Below, one piece after another: positions 36,921 to 48,624 of a DNA stretch of 64,000 bases. Source of the stretch: Squalus acanthias. Its lineage: Eukaryota. The stretch lies in NCBI GenBank assembly GCA_030390025.1, contig CM059432.1, positions 63,986,001 through 64,050,000 of the forward strand, given 5' to 3'. The notes beneath the pieces are model-generated. The model was not told where the DNA came from. It ran no database searches and saw only the letters and a program-made list of their open reading frames with translations. The position numbers were made by a program, and so were the translations under genes. The stretch's first letter is position 1. Every line of letters begins with the position of its first letter.

Positions 36921-37320
36921 CACCGCTGATATCGCCTCCAATTAGGTTCGCGCTGCCCGGTCTCCCGCTGTTTAACTACCGCCGCCACTGATACCGCCTC
37001 CAATTAGGTTCGCGCGGCCCGGTCTCCCGCTGTTTAACTACCGCCGCCACTGATACTGCCTCCAATTAGGTTCGCGCTGCCCGGTCTCCCGCTGTTTAAC
37101 TACCGCCGCCACTGATACCGCCTCCAATTAGGTTCGCGCTGCCCGGTCTCCCGCTGTTTAACTACCGCCGCCACTGATACCGCCTCCAATTAGGTTCGCG
37201 CTGCCCGGTCTCCCGCTGTTTTAAGTACAGCCGCCACTGATACCGCCTCCAATTAGGTTCGCGCTGCCTGGTCTCCCGCTGTTTAACTACCACCACCACT
37301 GATACCGCCTCCAATTAGGT
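36921..37320 (-). repeat. 62-bp CpG-rich tandem repeat (about 6.5 units) at the CR1 5' end
   Basis: ATTAGG recurs at 36941, 37003, 37065, 37127, 37189, 37252 and 37314. Confidence 0.95.
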
Positions 37321-37445
37321 GTATGTCACTACATGCTGTTCCTGACGAGCTGGTTTAATGACCAAAAGGGCAGTATCAAAAATAACCAAGACATTTTAAA
37401 ACGTCTAGAATTTCACCCATTACAATCAAGGTCATATCTCAAAAA
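37321..37445 (+). CDS. Candidate host exon (VCHYMLFLTSWFNDQKGSIKNNQDILKRLEFHPLQSRSYLK)
   Basis: Open 125-nt frame ending at AA|GTAAGA. Its putative acceptor tttttcatAG (about 32450) lies on the other side of the CR1 insertion. Speculative. Confidence 0.2.
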
Positions 37446-38059
37446 GTAAGATTGATAACCCTGCCAAATGTTCTGTTTTACAAAATGACATAATGACTAA
37501 ATGTTTGTTAAGTTGTTTGATGGCAGCTGGTGTTGAAGGCCAGTGACTGAAGTAAAATAAATTATTCCACTTAAGAAAGGTCTCGTAAAACCTATGATTT
37601 CATAAAACACAAAACAATTATTTACTCTGTCTTTGTAGAGGAATAGGTCAGGGTTTCTGGGCTGTAGCTCAGTTTGATCAATGGCCATTTTTTTGCATTA
37701 GGTTTGGGAAAATGAAATCCCTGTTGGCTGTGGACATGATACTTGTGAGCTGAAAAATAATGAAGGTGCAAAGCATTTAACACTTGTCACAACAGTGCAC
37801 CTGAGCTAACATTTGAGATTTTTTATGATCCTTTCGAACTGAAGGCTGATGACTAAACATAAAAAAGAAAAACTGAGATAAATTGTATTCAGCATTCCTG
37901 ATGCAAGACTTTATGCACCAGGAATGCCTATGAGAAAATGAAGTGTGTCCTGCCCATGATTTTCTATCCATTTGTCGAAGATGAAAATTTATTACTGTGA
38001 ATGTAGGATTTTTTGGAAAAAAAATAGAAAACTTTGAAAGCAAAGAGAGGGCATGAAAA

Positions 38060-39510
38060 AATATTGGCAAGTAAAATCAAGGAAAACCCAAAGTTGTTTT
38101 ATAAATACATAAAGAGCAAGAGGATAACTAAAGAAAGAGTAGGGCCTATGAGATCAAAAATGTAACCTGTGTGTTGAGGCAGAAGACGTGGGTGTGGTTC
38201 TTAATGAATACTTTGGGCAGAATTTTCATTGACCCGTGGAGGCGGGTTTGGAGGCGTGTGGGGTGGGAAAATAGCAGATTCGGGGGTACCGAACCCATCC
38301 CGCCCCCAACCCGCCTCCATGCCAGTTTCACAGGAGGCGGGTACCCGACCTGTGCTGGGACCCGCCGCCCCGAGGCGGGAAGGGGATTAGTGCCAATAAA
38401 CTGCCAGTTAACAGGTAGTTAACAGGCAGTTTTTTGCCTAATCCCTATTTTTATGCCCTGAAGTGTGGGCTTCCCGACAGGTCCGACCCACGCCGATTTA
38501 GCGAGGCGTACCATGGGTCTGCAGGGGTTGGAGGGGTCGATATGTCCGGTGGGCAGGTGAGTGATGGGTGCATGTGTGCAGAGGTAAGTGTGTAAGGTAA
38601 GTGTAAAGTGTGGAAAAAAGTTTTACTTACCTTAACTTCCTCCTGCAGGTGTCAGCCCTTCAGGTCTCAGGAGTCAGAAATCTCACCAGCACAGAAAGCA
38701 GAATGGCCGTTGAGCTGTCAAAAGCTGCAGCCTCTGCTTTTTGTTCTGCAGAGATCTCTAAATCAGCCTGAGAGGAAGGAATTAACTTAGAGGACAGATT
38801 GTCAGTGTTTGACAGCTTCAAGGAGCTGTCAAACGCTGATATTTCATCTGTCAAAAGCTCTTAACAGATGAAATGTCAATCTGTGACGTCACCTGTTGTT
38901 GGGTGGCCCTTAATTGGCCTGCTGAGCCCGCTGGGCGGGCTCAATAAGGTCAATCAAGGGAAAATCGAGTGGGTTGGCCACAACTCGATGGAGGCGGAAC
39001 TACAACCCCCAAAGTGGGAGTCCCGCCTCCTGCTCGCCTCCATTGATAAAACCCAGCCCTTTGCGTCTGTCTTCACAAAAGAGAGTGATCATGCAGACAT
39101 TGTAGTTGAGGAGGAGTGTGAATTATTAGATGAGATAAACATAGTGAGAGAGGAAGTATTAAGGGGTTTAGTATTTTTGAAATTAGATAAATCACCAGGC
39201 CCGAATGAAATGTATCCCAGGGTGTTAAGAAAAACAAGGGAGGAAATAGCGGAGGCTCTGACCATCATTTTCCAATCCTCCCTGGCTACCGGTGTGGTGC
39301 TGGAGGACTGGAGGACTGCTAACACTGTACCGTTGGGAGAAAGGGATAGACCGAGTAATTACAGGCCAGTCAGCCTAACCTCGGTGGTGGGCAAATTATT
39401 AGAAAAAATTCTGAGGGACAGTATTATAGTCATTTAGAAAGTCATGGATTAATCAAGGACAGTCAGCATGGATTTGTTAAGGGAAGGTTGTGTCTGACTA
39501 ATTTGATTGA
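38060..39510 (+). mobile_element. CR1 ORF2 fragment split by a MITE
   Basis: KIKENPK...VVLNEYF | ASVFTKE...NYRPVSLTSVVGK...QHGFVKG. Confidence 0.9.
38215..39059. mobile_element. Harbinger-type MITE, TSD TTT
   Basis: GGGCAGAATTTT / AAAACCCAGCCC termini; TTT at 38212-38214 and 39060-39062. Confidence 0.9.
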
Positions 39511-40056
39511 GTCTGCCTCCACCATCCTTTCAGGCATTGCATTCCAGATCCTAACCACTCACTGAGTAAAAATGTTTTTCCTCATGTCACCTTTGATTCT
39601 TCTGCCAATTACCTTAAATCTGTGTCCTTTGGTTCTCGCCCCTTCTGCCAATGGGAACAGTTTCCCTCTATCTACTCTGTCCAGACCCCTCATGATCTTG
39701 AACACCTCTATCAAATCTCCTCTCAATCTTCTCTGCTCCAAGGGGAACAACCCCAGCTTCTCCGGTCTATCCACAAAACTGAAGTCCCTCATCCCTGGAA
39801 TAATTCTCGTAAATCTTTTCTGCACCCTCTTTGAGGCCTTCACATCCTTCCTAAAGTGCGATGCCCAGAATTGGACACAATACTCCAGTTAAGGCCGAAC
39901 TAATGTTTTATACAGGTTTATCATAATTTCCACGCGTTTGTACTCTATGCCTCTATTCATGAAGCCCAGGATCCCGTAAGCTTTTTAAACTGCTTTCTCA
40001 ACCTGCCCTGCCACCTTCAACGATTTGTGCACATATACCCCTAGGTCTCTCTGTTC
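39511..40056 (-). mobile_element. CR1 ORF2 3' fragment
   Basis: EQRDLGVYVHKSLKVAGQV...RVQKRFTR...GDLIEVFK. Confidence 0.88.
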
Positions 40057-40805
40057 ATGACTATCCCCAACAAGTGAGAGTCTAACTACCGCCCCTTGAC
40101 ATTCAACGGCATTACCATTGCCGATTCTCCCACCATCAACATCCTGAGGGTCACCACTGAGCAGAATTTTAACTGGACCAGCCACATAAATACTATGGCT
40201 ACAAGAGCAGGTCAGAGGCTGCGTATTCTGCGGCGAGTGTCTCACCTCCTGACTCCCCAAAGCCTTTCTACCATCTACAAGCATAAGTCAGGAGTGTGAT
40301 GGAATATTCTCCACTTGCCTGGATGAGTGCAGCTCCAACAACACTCAAGAAGCTTGACACCATCCAGGACAAAGCATCCTGCTTGATTGGCACCCCATTC
40401 ACCATCTTAAACATTCACTCCCTCCACCACTGGCGAACCGTGGCTGCAGTGTGTACCATCTGCAAGATGCACTCCAGCAACTCACCAAGACTTCTTCGAC
40501 AGCACCTCCCAAACCTGCGACCTCTACCACCTAGAAGGACAAGAGCAGCAGGCGCATGAGAACACCACCACCTCCAAGTACCCCTCCAAGTCACACACCA
40601 TCCTGAATTGGAAATATATCGCGTTCCTTCATCGTCACTGGTCAAAATCCTGGAACTCCCTCCCTAACAGCTGTATGGGAGTACCTTCAGGGACTGCAGC
40701 GGTTCAAGAAAGCAGCTCACCACCACCTTCTCAAGAGCAATTAGGGATGGGCAATAAATGCTGACCTTGCCAGCGATGCCCACATCCCAGGAACGAATAA
40801 AATAA
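40057..40805 (+). mobile_element. 3' fragment of the 43826-47076 LINE family
   Basis: TFNGITIADSPTINIL...MEYSPLAWMSAAP and shared tail. Confidence 0.9.
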
Positions 40806-41218
40806 ATGAAGAAAGATTGGATAGGCTGGGTTTGTTTATTTTGGAACATTGGAGGCTGAGGGGAGACTTGATTGAGGTGTCTGAAATTATGGGGGGCCTA
40901 GTAGAGTGGATAGAAAGGACCTATTTCCCTTAGCAGAGAGGTCAATAACCAGGGGGCATAGATTTAAAGTAATGGGTAGAAGGATTAGAGAGGAGTTGAG
41001 GAGAACCTTTTTCACTAAGAGGGTGGTGGGGGTCTGGAACTCACTGCCTGAAAGGGTGGTAGACGCAGAAACCCTCATTGCATTTAAAAAGTACTTGGAT
41101 ATGCACTTGAAGTGCCGTAACCTACAAGGCTACGGACCAAGAGCTGGAAAGTGGGATTAGGCTGGCACGATGGGCCGAAATGGCCTCCTTCTGTTCTGTA
41201 AACGTCTATGATTCTATG
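40806..41218 (+). mobile_element. CR1 3' fragment
   Basis: EERLDRLG...RGHRFKV...WNSLPE...GKWD and (TTCTATGA) tail. Confidence 0.88.
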
Positions 41219-41421
41219 AAAATGCTTGAAATGCACATAAGTCAGTTAGTATCTGAAAGAGAAAGAGTGATTAATGTTTTGGCTGTAACATTTCATCAGC
41301 TTAAAGTTTATATTTGAAGCAAATATTAATTGTCTATGAACTGGGGATCATAGAGAAACCCTGTGGTTAATGCCTGTTTCATTGCATATGACAAATTAAC
41401 ACCAAGGTGTATAAAGACTTT

Positions 41422-42162
41422 GGGGGAAAAATTAGGTCGCGCCCCGTTTGGGGCGCAAATATCGTCTGGACGCAAATATTAGCGCCTGGCGCTAATTATC
41501 GCCACTGACTGGAAACTTCACTTTTACCGCCCCGGGAGGTGAGTGGAGCGCTAAATCAAGCGCTGCACACCTGTCTTAAGGCGCAAAGGCCGAGCAGTGA
41601 GGCGCTAACTCAGCGCGCGAGCGCAGCGCAGCTGCTGCCAGTTAGCGAGGGAACACAGACACACTGGCGCCGGCCAGTTCTTAAAGCAGGGGGGGGCCAA
41701 CTGTTAGGATCAGTAGGCAAAACTACCTCACAAAGCGTTGAGTAAATGCAGAAGTCTCTCTTTCTCTCTCTCCGAATCTCTCTCTCTCTCTCAGAACGAG
41801 TGGTGCAAAAATGTCGACCACAGAAAAAGACAGGAAGAGGCCCTCTTTAAATAGCGCCCCCCCCAGCCCCACAGCGATTGATAGCGTTCCAGTCTTCCGG
41901 TCGTTGGATGCGCCAGGCGGTAAGGCAGGGGGCGCCACTCAATTTCCGCTCCGGGGCGCCACAAGGGCGTTGCACCATGGAATGACGTCACAATCTGCGC
42001 GCGCAGGTGGTCGCAGCGGTAAGGTTTAGCGCCGCCGCACAATCTCTAGTTAAGTTCCCGAGCGGCGCAAACATCGCTGCGCCCGGGCGTTAGCGGCTTT
42101 GCGCCCCATTAGCGCCCTCTTAAGGCGCTAACGGGAGGCGCAACCAACTGAATTTTTACCCC
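41422..42162. mobile_element. Harbinger-type MITE, TSD TTT
   Basis: GGGGGAAAAATT / AATTTTTACCCC; TTT at 41419-41421 and 42163-42165. Confidence 0.88.
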
Positions 42163-42229
42163 TTTGTGTTGTTCTTATTTAGAGGTTTAAAACAATAACA
42201 ACCAAGAACATACATTAAAATGACAATAG

Positions 42230-42921
42230 CATAAGAGCTCCAAACGGCAAGGCTGAGGACGTGGAGGTCCTGACAAATTTAACGGCAGGACCTCATTATA
42301 ATTTATTTCTTCCATTTCCTGCCTGGCAGCCAGCAAAATTGACAGGCTGGCCAGCTGCCGGGTGGGAAAATCAGCAGCAGGAGGCCGCAGCCAGGGACCC
42401 TTGGGGACGGGCCCTGGCAATCGCAGTCGTGGAGCAGGCTTCAGTTTGGGAGGGTTGTCGGCAATTGCGGGACAGGCTTCAGATCGGGCTGGAGGTGGGA
42501 GGTCGCCGATTGTGGCGGGGTGGGGCGGGGGAGGGGAGAGAGAGGCCGCGATCGGCAGAAGGGAGGCCAAAGGTTTGGTTGAGGGGCCGAGGGGAGCAGT
42601 CCTGCTCCTTTTGGCCCACAAGGAGTGCTGTAAAAGGCTCTTGCCTTCTCAAGACTGCAGCTCTCGCCTCTGTATCGCTGCCAAGTTTCTTGAGTCCTGG
42701 GAAACTCGGCCAGCAGCAATTAAATTTAAATTAGGCTCCCAATTGCACTGTGGGAGCCTGATTTAAATATGATAATGAAGTATCCTGCATCTCCACTCAC
42801 ACGACTCAAAGCCTGCTGCCGTAAAAACAGCAATGGGCGGGTTGGGGACATGTTCTGTTTTTTAGGGTTTAACCCCTCCTGACATCCTCCAGCCCATTGT
42901 GAGGGTGTTAATATCGAGGCC
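42230..42921. mobile_element. Partial Harbinger-type MITE
   Basis: Right terminus GTTAATATCGAGGCC; body resembles the reverse of 21366-22054; left end not found. Confidence 0.6.
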
Positions 42922-43019
42922 TATGTCTTCAGCTCCCATTATACAAACACTTTTACTTCTTGGGTTCATAAGCATGTCATACTTGTTCCTAAAGTGGCAG
43001 CTAATATTAGAAAGGAGAG

Positions 43020-43152
43020 TTCTGATGAAAGGTCATCGACCTGAAACGTTAACTCTCTTTCTCTCTCCACGGATGCTGCCTGGCCTGCTGAGTTTTTCCA
43101 GCGTTTTCTGTTGTTATTTCAGATTTCCAGCATCCGCAGTATTTTGCTATCG
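43020..43152 (+). mobile_element. Penelope-derived short repeat with intact minimal hammerhead, 15-bp TSD
   Basis: TATTAGAAAGGAGAG at 43005-43019 and 43153-43167; GAGTT-CTGATGA-AAGGTC ATC GACCT-GAAAC GTT-AACTC. Confidence 0.85.
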
Positions 43153-43276
43153 TATTAGAAAGGAGAGGTCATTTATTTGTCCATTTTTTAAAATTTCAAA
43201 CTGTGGGTGTAAGTTGTGATACAGGTGAATCCAAATTCACATGAAGGAGGCCTGCACTACAAGGCTTTGACAGGAG

Positions 43277-43825
43277 TCATCCATGCCTTTGTTATATCTA
43301 AACTTGACTATTCCGATGCTCTCCTGGCCAGCTCTCGATCTCTCACCCTACATAAACTTGAACTCATCGAAAACTCTGCTGCCCGTGTCCTAACTCGCAC
43401 CAAGTCCCGTTCACCCAGCACCCCTGTGCTTGCTGACCTACATTGGCACCCGGTCCAGCACGCCTCGATTTTAAAATTCTCATCCATGTTTTCAAATGCC
43501 TCCATGGCCTCGCCCTTCTCTATTTCTATAACCTCCTCCAGCCCTGCAACCCTCTGAGATCTCTGCGCTCCTCCAATTCTGGCCTTTTGCGCATCCCTGA
43601 TTTTCTTTGCTCCACCATTGGTGGCCGTGCCTGTAGCTGCCTAGGCGCTAAGCTTTGGAATACCTTCGCTAAACCTGTTCACATCTCCCTCCTCCTTTAA
43701 GGTGCTCCTTAAAACCTACCTCTTTGACCCTGTGCTATTAGCTGCTTAGGTGGCTCAGTGTCAAATTCTGTTTGATAATGCACCTGTGAAGCGCCTTGGG
43801 ACGTTTTACTACGTTAAAGGCGTTA
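43277..43825 (+). mobile_element. L2 LINE 3' fragment; tail resumes at 47077-47103
   Basis: IHAFVISKLDYSDALL...NSAARVLT...GGRA...KLWN; 3' UTR split at TTAAAGGCG|TATATAAATG. Confidence 0.88.
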
Positions 43826-46800
43826 GCGGGAACGGTAGCATAGTGGTTATGTTACTGGACTAGTAATCCAGAGTCCTGATCCAGAGACGTGAGTTCAAAT
43901 ACCCACCACAGCAGCTGGGGAATTTAAATTCAGTTAATTAAATAAATCTGGAATAAAAAGCGAGTATGGTGACCATGTAAATATCGGATTGTCGTAAAAC
44001 CCCATCTGGTTCAATAATGCCCTTTAGGAAAGGAAATCTGCCTATTTGTGATTCCAGACCCACAGCAATGTGGTTGACTCTGAACTGCCCTCTGAAATGG
44101 CCTAGCAAGCCACTCAGTTGTAACAAACCGCTATGAAAACCAATAATAAGAATAAAACCGGACGGACCACCCGGCATCGACCTTGGCACCGGCTTCGGAC
44201 ATGATAATGGCACACCCAGCCAAGTCGACCCTGCAAAGTCCTCCTTACTAACATCTGGGACTTGTGCCAAAATTGGGAGAGCTTTCCCACAGACTAGTCA
44301 AGCAAAAGCCTGATATAGTCATACTCACAGAATCATACCTTTCAGCCAATGTCCCAAACTCCTCCATCACCATCCCTGGGTATGTCCTGTCCCAGCAGCA
44401 GGACAGACCCACCAGAGGTGGTGGCACAGTGGTATACAGTCGGGAGGGAGTGGCTCTGGGAGTCCTCAACATTGACTCTGGACCCCAGGAAATCTCATGG
44501 CTTCAGGTCAAGCACGGGCAAGGAAACCTCCTGCTGATTACCACCTACCGCCCTCCCTCAGCTGATGAATCAGTACTCCTCCATGTTGAACACCACTTGG
44601 AAGAAGCACTGAGGGTAGCAAGGGCACAGAATGTACTCTGGGTGGAGGACTTCAATGTCCATCACCAAGAGTGGCTCAGTAGCACCACTACTGACCGAGC
44701 TGGCTGAGTCCTGAACGACATAGTTGCCAGACTAGGACTGCAGCAGGTGGTGAGAGAACCAACATGAGGAGAAAAACCTACTTGACCTCGTCCTCACCAA
44801 TCTACCTGTCGCAGATGCATTTGTCCATGACAGCATTGGTAGCAGTGATCACCGCACAGTCATTATGGAGACTAAATCTTGTCTTCACACTGCAGGACAC
44901 TCTTCCATCGTGTTGTGTGGCACTCCCACCGTGCTAAATGGGATAGATTCAGAACCGATCTAGCAGCTCTAAACTGAGCATCCATGAGGTGCTGTGGGCC
45001 ATCAGCAGCAGCAGAATTGTATTCCACCACAATCTGTAACCTCATGGCCTGGCATATTCCTCATTCTACCATTACCATCAAGCCAGGGGACCAACCCTGG
45101 TTCAATGAGGAGTGCAGAGGAGCATGCCAGGAGTAGCACTAGGTGTACCTAAAAATGAGGTGCCAACCTAGGAAGCTGCAACACAGGACTACATGAATGC
45201 TAAACAGCGGAAGCAGCATGCTATAGAGAGAGCTAAGCAATCCTACAATCAATGGATCAGACCAAAGCTCTGCAGTCCTGCCACATCCAGTCGTGAATGG
45301 TGGTGGACAGTTAAACAACTAACGGGAGGAGGAGGCTGCATGAATATCCCCATCCTCAATGATGGTGGAGCCCTGCATGCAAGTGCAAAAGACAAGGCTG
45401 AAGCGTTTGCAACCATCTTCAGCTAGAAGTGCCGAGTGGATGATCCATATCAGCCTCCTCCTGAGGTCCCCACCATCACAGAAGCCAATCTTCAGCCAAT
45501 TCGATTCACTCCACGTGATATCAAGAAACAGCTGAGCGCACTGGATACAGCAAAGACTATGGGCCCCGACAACATCCCGGCTGTCATGCTGAACACCTGT
45601 GCTCCAGAACTAGCCGCCCCTCTAGCCAAGCTGTTCCAGTGCAGCTACAACACTGGCATCTAACCGACAATGTGGAAATATGTCCAGGTATGTCTTGTGC
45701 ACAAAAAGCAGGACAAATCCAATCCAGCCAATTACCGCCCCATAAGTCTACTCTCAATCATCAGCAAAGTGATGGAAGGTGTCGTCGACAGTGCTATCAA
45801 GTGGCACTTACTCACCAATAACCTGCTCACCACTGCTCAGTTTGGGTTCCGCCAGGACCACTCGGCTCCAGACCTCATTACAGCCTTGGTCCAAACATGG
45901 ACAAAAGAGCTGAATTCCAGAGGTGAGGTGAGAGTGACTGCCCTTGACATCAAGGCAGCATTTGACCGAGTGTGGCATCAAGGAGCCCTAGTAAAATTGA
46001 AGTCAATGGGAATCAGAGGGAAAACTCTGCACTGGCTGGAGTCATACCTAGCACAAAGGAATATGGTTGTAGTTGTTGGAGGTCAATCATCTCAGCTCCA
46101 GAACATCGCTGCAGGAGTTCCTCAGGGCAGTGTCCTTGGCCCAACCATCTTCAGCTGCTTCATCAATGACCTTCCCTCCAACATAAGATCAGAAGTGGGG
46201 ATGCTCGCTGATGATTGCACAGTGTTCAGTTCCATGCGCAACTCCTCAGATAATGCAGCCCATTCAGGCTTTGGCTGATAAGTGGCAGGTAACATTCGTG
46301 CCACACAAGTGCCTGGCAATGACTCTCTCCAACAAGCGAGAGTCTAACCACCGCCCCTTGAAATTCAACGGCATTACCATCGCCGAATCTCCTGCCATCA
46401 ACATCCTGGGGGGTCACCATTGACCAGAAACTTAACTGGACCAGCCACATAAATACTGTGGCTGCAAGAGCAGGTCAGAGGCTGGGTATTCTGCGGCGAG
46501 TGTCTCACCTCCTGACTTCCCAAAGCCTTTGCACCATCTACAAGGCACAAGTCAGGAGTGTGATGAAATACTCTCCACTTGCCTAGATGAGTGCAGCTCC
46601 AACAACATTCAAGAAGCTCAACACCATCCAGGACAAAGCAGCCCGCTTGATTGGCACCCCATTCACCACCTTAAACATTCACTCCCTCCACCACTGGCGT
46701 ACCGTGGCTGCAGTGTGTACCATCTACAAGATGCACTGCAGCAACTCACCAAGGCTTCTTTGGCAGCACCTCCAAAACCCACGACCTTTACCACCTAGAA

Positions 46801-47076
46801 GAACAAGGGCAGCAGGCGCATGGGAACACCATCACCTGCAAGTTCCCCTTCAAGTTACACACCATCCTGACTTGGAAATATATCGCCGTTCCTTCATCGT
46901 TGCTGGGTGAATATCATGGAACTCCCTCCCTAACAGCACTGTGGGCGTACCTTCACCTCAAGGACTGCAGCGGTTCAAGAAGGCGGCTCACCACCACCTT
47001 CTCAAGGGCAATTAGGGATGGGCAATAAATGCTGGCCTTGCCAGCGACGCCCACATCCCATGAACTAATAAAAAAA
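43826..47076 (+). mobile_element. Single-ORF APE+RT LINE with tRNA-like 5' head, disabled
   Basis: A box TAGCATAGTGG (43836), B-box-like GTTCAAATACC (43893). ORF about 44130-47020 with PDIVILTESYL, DFNVHH, SDH, NYRPISLLS, LDIKAAFD, VPQGSVLGP, LADD. A-rich tail. Confidence 0.9.
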
Positions 47077-47611
47077 TATATAAATGTAACTTCTTGTTGT
47101 TGTCTCATTCGCATACTTGTTGCAAAGGTGTTCATCCCAAGAGGAGTAGCATGAGATAATTGAGAACAAAGAAGACAGAGGCAAACCACAATATAAGGAG
47201 ATATTGGTTGTGCTCAGATTGTCTCTGTAGCTTGTTGGAAAATTTAAATAAAAAGTTCTTAAAATAATCAAGAGTGGTAACAGAAGCAAAGATGTTGCTG
47301 GTAAAAGCTTGAGATCAGAATAGAGGAAATGCAGATCGACCATGAAGATTGGTGGGGCTGGTACTGATTCCAGGCAATGGGCTCTCACAGCCCGCCTGCC
47401 ACTGATGATGGAATTGGTCTGCTGAAAATTGAGCACCATCTCCCTTTATCCCCTTTCCTTTCATCCACCGCTCCATTCCAATCTTGAATGTTCACATACT
47501 TTCTGTCTCAACCATTAAACCTAGAAATAAATTCCACGACCTTACAACTCTTTGTGTAAGGAAGTGTCTCTTGCTCTCTGTTCTAAATCTTACATTTAAT
47601 CTTGTATCTAT

Positions 47612-48120
47612 CAGCCAGATTTTAAACCCCCGTACACAAAGAGAACAGGATGTGCGCAGGGGGTCTAAAATATCAGCAGTGTGATACTTACCTTGTCACT
47701 TACCTTGTCTCCGCCACACTCACTCCCCATGCCATTTTAACAGGCACATTTAGGGCAGCATTGAGGCAGCTGAGGGCCTCATTGACATGGAAAAGTCAGG
47801 ATCTGATGATGTCATTCAGATCCAAATGTTGTTTTAACCTTGTACTCATGCACAGTGTCGTTCGCTCCCGGGGCAGCTGGTGTGAAAAGGCCAGAAGAGG
47901 CCCAGCTAAGTAACAAAATGTAATTTCTTGAAGGTGTCGTTGTGGTCCAGGAGGAACAGGAATGCACCTCTGGGCCCTACAAGGAATCTTTGGCTCTCCT
48001 CTGCCTAGGTTTTCCCACTCATCCCCTGCCACCCCCCCCCCGCCCCCCGCCCCCCGACCCCCGAGTGTGATTGCATCCAGAGCCCTTCTGATCCACTTAC
48101 CCGACTCCCCGGGACCTTTC
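47612..48120. mobile_element. Partial Harbinger-type MITE
   Basis: Left-end-like AGCCAGATTTTAAAC and GC-rich body like other MITEs here; truncated by L2. Confidence 0.5.
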
Positions 48121-48129
48121 TTGTGGGCT

Positions 48130-48487
48130 GCAGAAGGTCACAGAGATAGGGAGGGGCGAGGCCATGAAGAAATTTAAACATGAGATTTTAAATTGGAGGT
48201 GTTGGTGAACTGGGAGCCAGTGTAGGTCAGTGACTACAGTGTGATAGGTGATTGGGACTTGTTGCGGGTTAGAATACAGACAGCAGAGTTTTGCATGAGC
48301 TGGATTTTGTTGAGAGCACAGGATGGGAGGCCGACCAAGAGAGCATTGGAATAGTCGAGTCTGGAGGTGACAAAGGTGTGGATGAGGGTTTTGGCAGCAG
48401 GTGGGCTGGACTAGGGGCAGAGACGGGCGATCTTACAAAGGTGGAAGTAGTTGGTCTTTGTGATGGAGAGGATATGGGTCAGGAGCT
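48130..48487 (-). mobile_element. L2 fragment
   Basis: Reverse of [16 protein letters not shown]...QNSA; similar to 55258-56172. Confidence 0.8.
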
Positions 48488-48624
48488 CTGCTACGCGTAC
48501 TTATTTTGTACCTTTGTAATCTTTTAAAAAAAAAATTCTTATACTTCTTCCTTGCTTGTTATCTTAAAGATGTGTTGAAAATATTTGTAACACTAGATTA
48601 TTTCAAGCCAACTCAGGGAATATA

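Larger units (their letters stand above)
32447..37320 (-). mobile_element. Near-full-length CR1 LINE (5' tandem monomers, ORF1, ORF2, 3' tail), disabled
   Basis: ORF1 about 36660-35511; ORF2 about 35370-32545 with APE motifs (NAHSVRNK, GITDTWL, MGDFN) and RT motifs (NYRPVSLTS, YLDFQKAF, FADD). Several frameshifts. Confidence 0.95.

Noticed and set aside
36921..37320. Regular repeat array superficially like CRISPR
   Set aside because: Units are contiguous with no unique spacers, there are no cas genes, and the context is eukaryotic.
43826..43910. tRNA gene
   Set aside because: Has A/B-box-like motifs but no complete cloverleaf; it is a retroposon head.
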